From NCBI GenBank assembly GCA_965209035.1, contig OZ242372.1, forward strand, positions 1,696,001-1,760,000: DNA of 64,000 nucleotides, written 5' to 3'. The DNA is from Gammaproteobacteria bacterium. Lineage in GTDB: Bacteria; Pseudomonadota; Gammaproteobacteria; CBDBNL01; JAAOII01. How positions within the stretch are numbered: the first letter of the stretch is position 1; the number at the start of each line of letters is the position of its first letter. A model generated the notes under the pieces. The model was not told the DNA's origin, searched no databases, and saw only the letters and a list, made by a program, of their open reading frames with translations. The position numbers were made by a program, and so were the translations under genes. Below are positions 1 to 12,400 of this stretch, in pieces.

Positions 1-306
1 GGCTATCCTTTGGATGTAATGAAAGAAAACCTGGTGAACATCATTCGGTTGGCGGGTCGCGCGAATGCCAAGGTTCTGTTAGCCGGTATTACGATTCCAA
101 ATAACTACGGCCCCCGTTACAGGCGTCAATTTGAAGATGTTTATCAACAGATTGCCACAGAAGAAAAAACAGCGTTGCTGCCCAACCTGTTGCAAGATGT
201 CCCGCTGACAGAAGCGTACTTTTTGGAGGATCGACTGCATCCCGCGGTCGTTGCCCAGCCGATTATCGCGGATACTGTTTGGCTGGTACTTGCCCAAATG
301 CTTTAA
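1..306 (+). CDS. tesA: Arylesterase / acyl-CoA thioesterase I (SGNH/GDSL family), 5'-truncated by the window edge
   Basis: Frame open from base 1; IPNNYGPRY and catalytic DRLHP (DxxH) motifs typical of TesA. Confidence 0.8.
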   Translation, partial: GYPLDVMKENLVNIIRLAGRANAKVLLAGITIPNNYGPRYRRQFEDVYQQIATEEKTALLPNLLQDVPLTEAYFLEDRLHPAVVAQPIIADTVWLVLAQML

Positions 307-365
307 AAAACACAAAAAAACATAAAACATGATCTGCGAATACCGAATGCACCGCCAAAATACGG

Positions 366-1316
366 ATGCCGATGGCGGAGCATAATACTCGGGAAACCCC
401 CGCAGCCGCCCGGGATTTTTTGCGGCGAATTCTACAACAACAAACCGAAGAAACGAAAAAGAGATCCGCCCAAAAAAGTTTGAGCCGGCTAAAAGCCAAA
501 ATTGTCGGCCTGCCTCCTTGCCATCCCTTTGCCGAGGCGTTGCGTGCCCGCCGGTCCTCCTTTTCCTCCTTTTCCTCCTTTTCCTCTTTTCCTGCCTTTA
601 TTGCCGAACTAAAAAAAGCATCCCCGAGCCAGGGGTTGCTGCGCCCCGATTATGACTCGGCGGCAATTGCCCGCGGCTATGCCGAGGCGGGGGCGGCCTG
701 CTTGTCCGTTTTGACGAATGCCGCTTTTCTGGGCGAGAGCGCACATTTGCAACTTGTTCGCTCGGTAACGAATCTGCCCTTGCTGCGCAAGGATTTCATC
801 ATTGACGAGTATCAGGTTTACGAAACCCGCCTTCTCGGGGCGGATGCGATGCTGTTAATTGTTGCTTGCCTGTCCGCCGAAAAACTTGCCCGGTTACATG
901 AACTGGGGCTTGAACTGGGATTGGATGTGTTGGTGGAAGTTCACGATGCGGAGGAATTGGAAATCGCACTGAAAATAGGCGCCCAAATGATCGGCGTCAA
1001 TAATCGCAATCTGAAAACTTTTGAAGTGAACCTGCATAAGGGAGCGGAACTGCTGGCCATCCTGGCCCAAAAGAATCCTTCTGTCCTGTCAATTGCCGAA
1101 AGCGGTATGCGGACTGCCGGGCAGATTCTTCCCATGATGGCCGCCGGTGCCGGGGCATTTCTTGTCGGCACTTCTTTGATGCGTTCTGCCGATCCCGGCC
1201 GGGCACTTGCCGCACTGATCAAGAGCGTTCGGGAAGCCATTGCCAAACATTCCAAGGAGGATGTTTCCGCCGTTCCGACCGCACCCACCGGCCCGGACCG
1301 ATTGGGTACCAAGTGA
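366..1316 (+). CDS. trpC: Indole-3-glycerol phosphate synthase
   Basis: FIAELKKASPSQG, LSVLT, LLRKDFIIDEYQV, IGVNNRNL and IAESG motifs. Confidence 0.95.
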   Translation: MPMAEHNTRETPAAARDFLRRILQQQTEETKKRSAQKSLSRLKAKIVGLPPCHPFAEALRARRSSFSSFSSFSSFPAFIAELKKASPSQGLLRPDYDSAAIARGYAEAGAACLSVLTNAAFLGESAHLQLVRSVTNLPLLRKDFIIDEYQVYETRLLGADAMLLIVACLSAEKLARLHELGLELGLDVLVEVHDAEELEIALKIGAQMIGVNNRNLKTFEVNLHKGAELLAILAQKNPSVLSIAESGMRTAGQILPMMAAGAGAFLVGTSLMRSADPGRALAALIKSVREAIAKHSKEDVSAVPTAPTGPDRLGTK

Positions 1317-1404
1317 CCGCATGCCCATATGCACCGCCCGTAATCCCCCCCCGCAGAGAAATAAAAGCGAAATAAAAGCGAAATAAAGGAAAAATAAAGG
1401 CAAA

Positions 1405-1848
1405 ATGAAAGTTCAAGTTACCTGGCAAGAAGGTGTTTACTTCAAAGGAGAAGCCCGCACTCATATTATTCCCATCGAAGGCCCCGAGGAACAAGGCGGC
1501 AAGAATCGCGGCATGCGACCGATGGAGACCGTTTTGGTCGCCCTGGGTTCTTGTAGTTCCTATGATATTGTCAGTATTCTGCACAAAATGCGCCAGCCGA
1601 TTACCGGCTGCGCATTGGAGATTACAGCCGAACGGGCGGACGCCATTCCGGCGGTGTTTCGTGAAATCCGGATGCATTTTCTTTTCCGCGGCAAGGACTT
1701 GGACCCTCATAAACTGGAAAAAGCCGTATCCTTGTCCGTGGATAAGTACTGCTCTGTTGCCAAGATGCTCGTTGCCGGCGGTGTCCGGATTTCCCATTCG
1801 TTTGAAATGGCGCCCCCGGGAAAAGACGACAAAAACAACACCGATTAA
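1405..1848 (+). CDS. OsmC/YhfA family protein
   Basis: GMRPMETVLVALGSCSSYDIV and KYCSVAKML motifs. Confidence 0.9.
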   Translation: MKVQVTWQEGVYFKGEARTHIIPIEGPEEQGGKNRGMRPMETVLVALGSCSSYDIVSILHKMRQPITGCALEITAERADAIPAVFREIRMHFLFRGKDLDPHKLEKAVSLSVDKYCSVAKMLVAGGVRISHSFEMAPPGKDDKNNTD

Positions 1849-2531
1849 TCCGGTAATACAAAAGCATCCCGTATCGGTAAGGTATCCCCCTTACAGGCCG
1901 CGAAATGCACAGCCTGACCGGCACATGAAAACAAGCCTGTCAGTTTTTGATGCCGCCACTCCGCTTTCACTCGGGGCAAAGTTGCAAAAGCGGAATACTT
2001 TTCCTCAACGAATCTGTAAGGAAAATCCTTATCCGCGGTAACGCCCAGTCTGGGGGTGACGCGCACTCGCGTCACCGGTTCCGTTGAATTGGTAAAACCA
2101 AGTTGCTTCCTTAAAGACTTTCTAACAGATTTTCCGGGATACTCGTCCGGAAACTTGCCATTCCATTCCGCCGTTTTCAACCCCATGGCACGACATAGCA
2201 GTCCTTGTCCGCTTAGTCTGCGATCCGGCTCGGAAGCATCATCTGTTATGGCCGCCTTGATGAGCACGGCACAGCCGGCTCCGAGCGCACTGATATTGAG
2301 CGCATCCCACTGGCGAATCCGATACATGTAAATTGTCCCGGCGGGAGCGAACATCGGCTCGCAGCCCTTGCGGCCGCGATAGGCATGGCTCGCTTTGTCG
2401 GCCAGCGTATAGGCTTCGGTTTCCACAATGCGACAATTGTGCAACTTGGTTCCGTCCCAATGCCAAAGCGTTTTACCGAGCAGGGAAGTTGCCAGTGTGA
2501 TTGCCGGCAGTTCAAAAAACGAACGCGGCAA
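1845..2531 (-). CDS. DNA-3-methyladenine glycosylase (MPG/AAG family)
   Basis: LLGKTL, RIVETEAY, DKASHAY, MFAPAGTIYMY, AVLIKA and TPRLGV motifs. Confidence 0.85.
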   Translation of the reverse strand: MPRSFFELPAITLATSLLGKTLWHWDGTKLHNCRIVETEAYTLADKASHAYRGRKGCEPMFAPAGTIYMYRIRQWDALNISALGAGCAVLIKAAITDDASEPDRRLSGQGLLCRAMGLKTAEWNGKFPDEYPGKSVRKSLRKQLGFTNSTEPVTRVRVTPRLGVTADKDFPYRFVEEKYSAFATLPRVKAEWRHQKLTGLFSCAGQAVHFAACKGDTLPIRDAFVLPD

Positions 2532-2649
2532 GGAATCTCCCGTTACGATGCCGAAAGACAGTTCAATGAAACGGGGACGAGGATTTTATTTGAGCGAGAT
2601 TCTTCAGAACCCGAACCGGATGAACGGGATAAAGATCTGTTTTGTTTTT

Positions 2650-3048
2650 TTAATGACGGGACAGACAAGGCGGTGACTTGCCGGCATCCTCTTTTTCTCC
2701 CCGATGCATTTTTTGCCATTCTTCCGGCGTGTAAAGATGCAACGAGAGTGCATGCAATCCGCCGTTCGTTTTGCTGTTTACTTTATTGTTCATTTCGGTT
2801 TCAAGGGCGGCATAAACTTTCCGATGGCGTTCTATGGTTGCCATACCGGCAAACAGATCGCTCACAATGATCAGGGTAAAATGCGTTTCCCGTATTCCCA
2901 TTTCCCCCGCCGAGTGGGTGGCACGCCGATGCTTGTCACTGTCGTTGATTAACTTGTATTCTGTCGGCGCAAAGGCAGTTTCAATTTTTCTTGAAATCCG
3001 GGCGGCCGTCCCTCCGCTTACCGCGGGTTTTTCATGTTCCCGATACAT
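2650..3048 (-). CDS. bolA: BolA family protein (start uncertain)
   Basis: INDSDKH, ETHFTLIIVSDLF, RHRKVYAAL and GLHALSLHLYTPEEW motifs. Confidence 0.88.
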   Translation of the reverse strand: MYREHEKPAVSGGTAARISRKIETAFAPTEYKLINDSDKHRRATHSAGEMGIRETHFTLIIVSDLFAGMATIERHRKVYAALETEMNNKVNSKTNGGLHALSLHLYTPEEWQKMHRGEKEDAGKSPPCLSRH

Positions 3049-3973
3049 AAGTGAGAAAATTGTCATACTCGGGGCTTTTGCCGGTGACGCAGTTAAAGTA
3101 AGCATCCTGCAACTTCTTGGTCAGGGGGCCGGGCTTGCCGTTGCCGATCGTGCGGTCATCCAAACAACGAATAGGCACTACCTCGGCGGCGGTTCCGCAA
3201 AAGAAGGCTTCTTCCGCCACATAAAATTCATCGCGTGTGATCTGCCTTTCCACATAATCAACACCCATGTCCGCCGCCAGGCGCATCACGGTTCGGCGAG
3301 TAATCCCGTCCAGGCAAGAAGTGAGAGACGGGGTATGCAACACACCGTCGCGAACTAAAAAGACATTTTCGCCGGTCCCTTCCGCCACATATCCTTCGTT
3401 ATCCAAAAGCAATGCCTCCTCACAACCGCAACTGACAGCCTCTTGCAGTGCCAGGATGGAATTGACATAATGCCCGTTGCATTTTGCTTTGCACATACTG
3501 ATGTTGATGTGGTGGCGCGTATATGAGGATGTTCGCACTTTAATGCCGTTTTTCAATCCGTCCGGCGACATATAGGAAGGCCATTCCCAAGCGGCAACCA
3601 TCGCATGTGTTTTGAGGTGCCGGGCGCGCAGTCCCATTTCTTCGCTGCCGTAAAAACACATCGGCCGAATGTAGCCGTGCTTTACTTTGTTACTGCGGAC
3701 AGATTCAATATGCGCCGCACTGATTTCATCCGGGGAATACGGGATCTTCATTTGCAGGATATGCGCCGAGTTAAACAAGCGCCGCGTGTGATCCGCAAGG
3801 CGGAAAATAGCGCTGCCGTGCTCTGTCGGATAAACGCGCACCCCCTCAAACACACCCAGTCCGTAATGCAGAGTATGTGTCAAAACATGAACTTTGGCGT
3901 CTTGCCAGTTGGTCATCTTGCCGTCAAGCCAGATGACGCCGTTTAATTGGTCCATCCTAGTCATTATTGCCAT
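3032..3973 (-). CDS. ilvE: Branched-chain amino acid aminotransferase
   Basis: VHVLTHTLHYGLGVFEG, AEGTGENVF and FFCGTAAEVVPI motifs; start may be 3964. Confidence 0.96.
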   Translation of the reverse strand: MAIMTRMDQLNGVIWLDGKMTNWQDAKVHVLTHTLHYGLGVFEGVRVYPTEHGSAIFRLADHTRRLFNSAHILQMKIPYSPDEISAAHIESVRSNKVKHGYIRPMCFYGSEEMGLRARHLKTHAMVAAWEWPSYMSPDGLKNGIKVRTSSYTRHHINISMCKAKCNGHYVNSILALQEAVSCGCEEALLLDNEGYVAEGTGENVFLVRDGVLHTPSLTSCLDGITRRTVMRLAADMGVDYVERQITRDEFYVAEEAFFCGTAAEVVPIRCLDDRTIGNGKPGPLTKKLQDAYFNCVTGKSPEYDNFLTYVSGT

Positions 3974-3992
3974 TATTTGTCATTATTTGTCA

Positions 3993-5210
3993 TTATTTTT
4001 TCTTCTTGTGCTGCTTCATTAAAAATCTTAATGCCGTTAGGCGAATCAGACCGCCGGCATCTTTTTGATTATACAATTCCCGGCTGTCTTCAAAGGTTGC
4101 CATCATCGGATCATACAAACTTTGGGCGGAGCTTCTGCCGAGAATCGTAACATTTCCTTTATACAATTCCAGTCGTACGCTTCCTTCCACGGTCGATTGC
4201 GTTGCGTCTATCATTTTTTGCAGTGCCACGCGTTCGGGCGACCACCAATGGCCGTTGTAAATCATTTCCGCATAGCGGGGCATTAATTCGTCTTTAAGGT
4301 GACCGGTCTTACCGTCGAGAGTCAGCGATTCCATCGCACGATGTGCTCTTAGCAAAATAGTGCCGCCGGGGGTTTCGTAGCAACCGCGCGATTTCATACC
4401 GATGAACCGGTTCTCCACCAAATCCAATCTGCCGATAGCATTCTCCCCTCCCAGACGGTTCAACTCTTCCAGCAGGGCATAGGGATTCGCGGCCCGGCCG
4501 TTCAACGCAACAGGGTCTCCCTTTTCAAAACCGATTTCAATTTCGGTTGCCCGGTCCGGCGCCTCTTGGGGTGAAGCGGTTCGCCGCCACATTTTGGCAT
4601 GCGGAGCTGTGTCGGGATCTTCCAATTCGCACCCTTCGTAAGAGGTATGAAAAGCGTTGGCGTCAATGGAATAATGTCGTTCTTTGCTGTCGCCGGTTTG
4701 ATAGTCCAGTCCGTGATTGCGGCAAAACTGCACAAGTTCTTCGCGCGAAGAGTATGCCCATTCTCGCCAGGGTGCGATCACTTGCAGATGCGGTGCCAAT
4801 GCATATACCCCCAGTTCAAAACGAATTTGATCGTTCCCCTTGCCGGTGGCTCCGTGAGCGACCGCCTCGGCACCCGTTTGTCGGGCGATTTCCGTCAGTC
4901 GTTTGGCAATTAATGGCCGGGCAATTGCCGTGCCCAGCAAATACTCGCCCTCATACAGGGTGTTGGCGCGCAACATCGGGAACACAAAGTCGCGTACGAA
5001 TTCTTCGCGCAGATCTTCGGTGTAAATTTTGGTAATACCGAGTTGTTCCGCTCTCGTACGGGCAATTTCCAATTCGTCTTCTTGCCCCAGATCCGCGGTG
5101 AAGGCAATGACTTCGCAGTCATATTCCAACTGTAACCACTTGGCAATTGCCGAAGTATCCAATCCGCCGGAATAGGCAAGAACGGCCTTATTAAACTTCT
5201 TCTTTGCCAT
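3993..5210 (-). CDS. argG: Argininosuccinate synthase
   Basis: [25 protein letters not shown] and [13 protein letters not shown] motifs. Confidence 0.97.
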   Translation of the reverse strand: MAKKKFNKAVLAYSGGLDTSAIAKWLQLEYDCEVIAFTADLGQEDELEIARTRAEQLGITKIYTEDLREEFVRDFVFPMLRANTLYEGEYLLGTAIARPLIAKRLTEIARQTGAEAVAHGATGKGNDQIRFELGVYALAPHLQVIAPWREWAYSSREELVQFCRNHGLDYQTGDSKERHYSIDANAFHTSYEGCELEDPDTAPHAKMWRRTASPQEAPDRATEIEIGFEKGDPVALNGRAANPYALLEELNRLGGENAIGRLDLVENRFIGMKSRGCYETPGGTILLRAHRAMESLTLDGKTGHLKDELMPRYAEMIYNGHWWSPERVALQKMIDATQSTVEGSVRLELYKGNVTILGRSSAQSLYDPMMATFEDSRELYNQKDAGGLIRLTALRFLMKQHKKKK

Positions 5211-5793
5211 AGTTTCCAATTAATGCTCGCGCATAGATAAAGCCGGACCAGATAGTCATTACAGTGGCGACAGCCAAAATGATTATCGCGATCCAATGCG
5301 GGAACAGGTTTTCTTTGTTCGGCGGAAACGCCAAAAACCAGGCGATGCTGCCCATCTGAAAAACAGTTTTTATCTTTGCCAAAAAGTTCACGCGCAGAGA
5401 AACGGAGAGAGGATCGCTTTTTATGGATGCCAACCAATGTCGCATTGCCATTACGGTAATTTCGCGGCCTATGATAATCATCACCATAAATGTGACCCAA
5501 ATATTGTCATACACATGCACCATTAGTACCAAGGATACGACCACCAGCAACTTGTCCGCCACAGGATCAAGAAACTCGCCAAGCCGCGTGCCCATCCTCC
5601 AAGTTCTGGCAAGATAACCGTCCAACCAATCGGTCAACGCCGCCAGGGTGAACAGACCCGCCGCAACATAGTGTCCCCAGTTTCCCGGGGCATAATAGAA
5701 CAGAACAACAAGGACCACTACCAAGGTGCGGACATATGCCAAAATATTGGGCAGTTTTTGCCAATCGGATGCGGAGGGTGTGTTCATTTGCAT
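5191..5793 (-). CDS. pgsA: CDP-diacylglycerol--glycerol-3-phosphate 3-phosphatidyltransferase
   Basis: LPNIL and [10 protein letters not shown]...[13 protein letters not shown]-alcohol phosphotransferase motif. Confidence 0.93.
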   Translation of the reverse strand: MQMNTPSASDWQKLPNILAYVRTLVVVLVVLFYYAPGNWGHYVAAGLFTLAALTDWLDGYLARTWRMGTRLGEFLDPVADKLLVVVSLVLMVHVYDNIWVTFMVMIIIGREITVMAMRHWLASIKSDPLSVSLRVNFLAKIKTVFQMGSIAWFLAFPPNKENLFPHWIAIIILAVATVMTIWSGFIYARALIGNYGKEEV

Positions 5794-5807
5794 ATTATTA
5801 TAGGATA

Positions 5808-6351
5808 GGTGAATTCAACCCTCCGGCGCAACACCGGTTGCTAAATTATAATCCACTCCGGTCGCTGCTGAGAAGACCTCGGCGGGTGTTCTAAATCCGA
5901 GTCGCTTGCGCGGTCGTTGATTAAGTCGGTGAATGACCCGGGGCAGTTTCTGTCGGCTTGACGCAACAGGCCATTCGTATATGCGTCCGCGCGCGTAACG
6001 GGCAGAGTAAACTCACGATCGCGGCACCGGTGGTTTCCTTGGTGCGGTCTTTGAGATAGGCACTCAAAGTGAGGCCGGTTTTGCGCTCAACCGGAGTGAG
6101 TAAGAAGCCGCTCCGGCTGCTACCCTGCATGGTGTCCGCTTCCCGCTTCCCGATGCCCGGTTTTCTTTCGGCTCTCAATGCCGACCCGTCCGGGGATCTG
6201 CCCGCGGCTGTCCACCCCGACAACGTTTCCGCTTGCTGATGACGATAGCCACGCAAACCCGTATTACGCGCCAGTTGTAAAAGACTTCCTTGAAATTTTC
6301 CAAAATTCAAGGAAACCTTCCACGGTGTTGTGCTAGTTACTTGAATTCACA
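5808..6351 (-). mobile_element. Internally deleted IS30-family element (non-autonomous remnant, about 544 bp)
   Basis: Imperfect terminal inverted repeats GGTGAATTCAACCCTCCGGCGCAACA and TGTGAATTCAAGTAACTAGCACAACA resemble IS30 ends; minus-strand transposase fragments LTPVERKTGLT and LNQRPRKRLGF.TPAE in broken frames. Confidence 0.85.
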
Positions 6352-6410
6352 CATTATAATAAAGTAAATTTTGTTAATATTATTTTTAAGAGTGACGGAC
6401 GGGGTTATAT

Positions 6411-9400
6411 ATGAAAGACACAAAAGAAAAATTACGGGCGCATAAGTTGATGCGAAAATTGGAGTTTAAATCATTTCACCGGTTGGTAGGGAGGCTAACT
6501 TCTGTTGGCTGTCTTTTTGTATGCATGTCTTTTTTGACGGTAGCATGTAGTAACGGTTCTTCCTCCAAATCGCCGCCCCGGACATCGGTCAATGTCGTAT
6601 CCACCGGCACCGGCATCGTGCAGTTTATGGCAATCCCTATAGAAAGCGGCCTGCGAGTGAGTTGGATCAACACACAACCAAACATAGATTACTTTAACAT
6701 TACCCTCGTAAACATAAAAACAGGACAAGTAGAATCGTTTGTCAAACGGGATCAGACAGCCTACGGCGACCAGATCACCATAACTTTTACGGACTTGGAA
6801 GACGAAACCGATTACATCGTATTGGTCGAGATATTTTTTCTTGCCGAGCCGGAACCGCGTGCGGAAGAGCGTGTTATACGCCGCACCGGCAAGAATAGCG
6901 ACAATGACGAACTCCCCGACAGTTTGGATGTTTTTGACGACGATCGTTGTGCTCATACGGATACGGATGGTGACGGCCTGCCGGATGACATTCTTGCCGA
7001 TTGCACGACATCTTTAATAGAGGATCCGGACGATGACAATGACGGGGTGAATGACTTGGCAGATGCCTTTGCTTTGGATTCCTGTGCGTCTGTAGATACG
7101 GATAATGACAGCCTGCCGGATGAAATTCTCGCCAACTGCACAACACCTTTAAAGGAAGACACGGACGACGATGGCGACGGCACAGAGGATCTTGCGGATG
7201 CCTTTGGCAAAGATCGTTGTGCGTCTGTAGATACGGATGATGATGGTCTGCCGGATGATATTCTTGCCGATTGTACGACACCTTTAATAAGAGAGGATCC
7301 GGACGATGACAATGACGGGGTGAATGACTTGGCAGATGCCTTTGCTTTGGATACCTGTGCGTCTGTAGATACGGATGGTGACGGTCTGCCGGATTTTTTG
7401 CTCGCCGATTGTCGGACACTTTTAACGGAAGATGACGACGATGACAATGATAGTATTGCCGATAGCGAGGACTCCGATGACGACAACGATGGGCTGATAG
7501 AGATTCGCTTCTTGGAAGGACTTGCCAATATGCGCGATGACCTGAACGGCGATGGCACGGACGACGGCAGAATCGCCAATGTGGGTCCCGGCAATCACAT
7601 CGGCTGTCCCGCCTCGGGTTGTAAAGGTTATGAACTTGCCCGCTCTTTGGATTTCAAAAAAGCGGATTCCTATCAAAATGCCGCCAATCTGGAATTTTGG
7701 GTTACGGAGACCGGCTGGCCCCCCATCGGCTCTTGCCTGCCGACAAGTACCGACAGATGCACGCCATACGATGCCATCCTTGATGGCAACGGTCATAGTA
7801 TCAACAATTTGTTTATTAACGCGGAGCCGGGCGCTGTCGGGCTTGGATTGTTTGGTTCTGTTTCCGGTTCTGTGCGCAACTTGAATCTTGTTTCCGCCCG
7901 CATCGGCGGCGGCCAAAGAAACACGGGCATCTTGACAGGGTATGCCGCAGATGCCAACATTCTCGGTGTTCGGGTGATCGACGGTTCGGTGAGCGGCGGC
8001 GAAAATGTTGGCGGTCTGGTCGGCTATGGGGAACGAACAAGCATCGTCTCTTCCCGTGCCGAACATCTTTTTATTAACGGCATAGATCACATCGGCGGTC
8101 TGGCGGGGGTTTGGAAACAGGGCAGAATAGAGGCATCCGCCGCATTGCACAACATTATATCCGGCGATGAACGGATCGGCGGTCTGACGGGCCTGTTGGA
8201 TGGCGTATTGAATGATGCGGCGGTTTTGGCATCTTATGTCTTAAATACTTCCTTGACCGGGCGACAAAGCGGCGGCGGTTTGACAGGTTTGGGGGTTGGG
8301 ACGAGTGTGGTTGCTTCTTATGCCGCACTCAGCCGCCAAGATGTGTCGGAAGTTGTTGGCGGTCTTATCGGACAAAGAAGCGGCCGAAATATTGTTGTTA
8401 CTCATTCCTACTGGGATGCCGAAGCCCTTGGTTTTGGATTGCTGAGTGGAATTTTGCCGGCAGCCAAAAGGACGGCTGAGTTGCAAGAGAATACGGATTT
8501 TAACGGTATTTATGCGGCTTGGGATAATTATTGGTGCGACCCGAACACAGGGCTTTTTACAAATAACTCGCAAGATCCTCTTGCTACGGATGAGAACTTG
8601 GCATGGAACCTCGGCAGTGCCACGCAATATCCGTCCTTAGAAAACTGCCACATCAAGTTCGCCGCCCCGCCGCGCCCGGTTAAGAATTTTGAGGTGATCC
8701 CTGCGGAAGGAAGTTTGCAACTCACCTGGGATAACCCGCCCCAAAGATTTTTATGGTTTAAGGTTGCTTGGCAACAATTGGGCGCACAGGACCAAAACGG
8801 AACATCCGCGATAAAAACAACACAAACGGCCCCCGGTAACTCCGCCGCGCATCTTATTGAAAATCTCAGCGATGTGCACAATTATTCCGTCAGCGTATCT
8901 GTTGTGTTGCCGGACGGTCGGACGGCAAGGTCCGTTTCTTTAATTCGCCGTCCGGGGAGAAACCAAGACGGCGATGTCTTGCCGGACGCGCTGGATGACT
9001 TTGACACCGAACCCTGTGCAATTACGGATACGGATGGCGACGGCATGCCGGACGATCTTTTTTGTCCCGCGACGACAGGTCTCGTAGCGGATACGGACGA
9101 CGACAATGATTCGGTGCCGGATGAAAGAGACGCATTTGATAGGGATGCGTGTGCTCACACGGATACGGATGGCGATGGCATGCCGGACGATGTTCTTTGC
9201 CCGTCCGCTTTAATCACGGACAATAACGACGACAACGATTTGGTCCCGGATAGTGCGGATCCTTTTCCATCGGACCGATGTGGCAGTCTGGATCGCGACA
9301 CGGACGGTATTGCGGATGACAGGGTGATTCGTTGCACTTCAAATCTAACCCGGGACACGGACCCGGATAACGATGACTTCCAAGATCAATTGGATGACTT

Positions 9401-12400
9401 CCCCGCGGACTCCTGTGCGAATTTGGACACAGACGGGGACGGCATGCCGGACCGCCTGATACCAAATTGTTCCACGGATTTAAGCGCGGACGATGACGAT
9501 GACGGCGACGGGATTACCGATGCCGAGGATGCGGATGCGGATGGCGACGGCCTGATGGAAGTGAATACCTTGGAAGAACTTGCCGATATGCGCGATGACC
9601 TCAACGGCAACGGGGTGGACGACGACAGAATTACCGGGCGGGGTCCCAAGCATAATCTTGGTTGTCCCCCCGCCGGTTGCAACGGCTACGAACTTGCCAA
9701 ATCATTGAATTTCAACAATAACGACCATTACGAGGACCTTGCCAACAAAGATGCCTGGACAACCGGCTCCGGTTGGCGTTCTATCGGCTCTTGCCGCCAT
9801 ATCACTAGTTGTCGACCTTATACGGCATCTTTTCAAGGAAACGGCTACACGATTGACAACCTGTTTCTTAACAAGAGTTCCGCAACTGTCGGCGTGGGGC
9901 TTTTTGGTGCCGTCGCAGATACAAGGATTAGCAATCTGCGCATCACCAATGCGCGGGTGTTCGGGGGAGCATCCAATGTGGGTATCCTTGCGGGCGTGGC
10001 CGGCGGAAGTTCTTTTCGGATGATTGCCATAGAAAACAGCGAACTTGTCAGCCCGAGCGCCAGGTTTGCCGGTCTGATATGGGGGAGCGCATCCGACGGA
10101 GATCTTTCTTATTCTTATGCGGATCGTGTCAACATTACGGGCAGTTCCGACATTACTTTCGGTCCCAACAACATATTTACGAGATTTCCTTTCGTCGGCG
10201 CTCTGGCAGGCACAAGTGCTTCGATTTCGTATTCGCTTTTGGGAGAATTCCGGCTCAACACCACCATAGCCAGATTCAATTACAGGAGATATAGTTTCCC
10301 TTTTTCCGGAGCCAATCTCGGCCATTTTGCCGCTGCTTATTGGGATAAAGACAGAGCGACTTTTCAGCGCGATGCCACTTTTTTGCGAGGAACTGAAACC
10401 GAAAGATTACAAGGTGAAACAACCCATACGGGTATCTATGCCGGCTGGAAGAATGCCTGGTGTGATCCGCGTTCGGGTGCTTTTACGAGGGATCCGAATC
10501 ATGTTCTGGCGACCGACATCAATCGTGTCTGGGACCTGGGTGTTGAGACCGAATATCCTCGTCTGAACTGCGGTGAGAGTGTCCGCTCCAAGCGATTGCC
10601 CGCAGTCAATGTCACGGCAATTCCCGCCAATCGCAGTTTGCAATTATCTTGGACTAATCCAAACCAAGAATTTTTACACTTTAGAATTGCTTTGACGGAG
10701 CATCAAGAGTACGGAGAGCATCGAGAGCATGGGCAACCCGGTGAAGAGGCGGGCCGCTCTCTTTTGAAGACCAACCAAACGGCAGCCGGCCAGCGCGCCG
10801 TTTATGTTTTTGAGAACTTAAACAATGCTTTCAATTACACTCTTTCCGTAGAAACCGTCTTTTCGGACGGGACGACGGGTAAGACACCGCTCTTTGTTCG
10901 TCGACCGGGGCCGAATGCGGATGGTGATTTCATGCCGGACTCCTTGGATGCGTTTGACGCCGACCCTTGCGCGACCACGGACACGGACGGCGACGGCATG
11001 CCGGACGAGTTGCTCTGTGTTTCAACGACCGGTCTGGTGGCGGACGCGGATGACGACGAGGATGGTGTGCCGGATATCGCGGATGCGTTTCCCCGGGACC
11101 CCTGTGCGACTACGGACACGGACGGCGACGGCATGCCGGATGAGTTGCTATGTGTTTCAACAACCGGTCTGGTGGCGGACGCGGATGACGATAATGACCG
11201 GGTGCCGGATGTCGCGGATGCGTTTGACACGGACCCTTGTGCCGTTGCGGATCAGGACAATGACGGCATGCCAAACGAACTTCTCTGCAATCTTGGCACC
11301 CGTCTTGTAGCCGACGATGACGACGACAATGACAGTGTGCCGGATATTGCGGACGCGTTCATCCTGGACAAGTGCGCGTCGCTGGATACGGACGGCGACG
11401 GCATGCCGAACGAACTTTTTTGTACCACGACAAACCTTACGGAAGATACGGACGACGACAACGACAGTGTTCCCGATGTATCGGACGATTATGGGACGGA
11501 TCCTTGCGCGTTTCGCGATACGGACCGCGATGGTCTGCCGGACGACATCATCACCTTCAATTGTGTAACATCCCTTGTCTTAGATCGGGACAGAGATAAC
11601 GACAGTCTCATAGAGTTGGATACATTGGAAGATCTTGCCACCCTGCGCGATGACCTGGACGGCGACGGGTTGGATGACGGCAGATACCCGGACATTAGCC
11701 CGGGCGGCCGCGCGGGCTGCCCGCCAAACGGTTGTACCGGCTATGAACTGACGCGCTCTTTGGATTTTGCGAAAGCGGATTCTTATCGCGCCTCAGAATA
11801 CGCGCAACATCTTGCCAATTGGACGCGCGGTGACGGCTGGACCCCCATAGGTTATTGCCGGGCGGACAATGATTGCCTGGCTTATGAAGGCGTGTTTGAA
11901 GGCAACAATCACAGCATAATATCTTTGTTTGTGAATGCGAGTTCCCCGGCAAACGGCGTCGGGTTGTTTGCCGCCGCAACCGGTACCTTGCAAAATATTG
12001 GCTTGTCTCGGGCGCGCGTCTTCGGCGGCGACAGTGATACGGGAATTCTGGTCGGCTATGGTGACGGACTGCGTCTAAACAAAGTGACCGTCGACGACTA
12101 TGTTATGCGCGCGCCACAGGGTGCGTCCGTAGGAGCACTGCTGGGGGATGGCTATAACTCGGAAATCACCGCATCTGTCGCCGAGCGCGGCAAAGTGACA
12201 GGCAAAACGAATGTCGGCGGTCTCATCGGTTCGGGTTTTTATACGACTGTTTCCAATTCCGCTACCCGGCATGTTTCCTTGAACGGTAATCAATTCGTCG
12301 GCGGTTTGGTGGGTTACAGTGATGCGATGCTGGTGTCCTCTGCCGAGAGTTTCAATGCAAGTATGGATGGCTCGTCGGCGGTCGGCGGTCTGTTGGGCTT

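Noticed and set aside
5921-6310. Functional transposase ORF
   Set aside because: It is far too short, frameshifted and lacks an intact DDE domain; it is treated as part of the IS remnant.
6325-6360. Canonical hybrid promoter with an IS-supplied -35
   Set aside because: No good TTGACA-like hexamer lies 16-18 bp upstream of the TATAAT at the three junctions; only the 34874 site has a TGn extension. It is kept as a hypothesis and not called as a full promoter.
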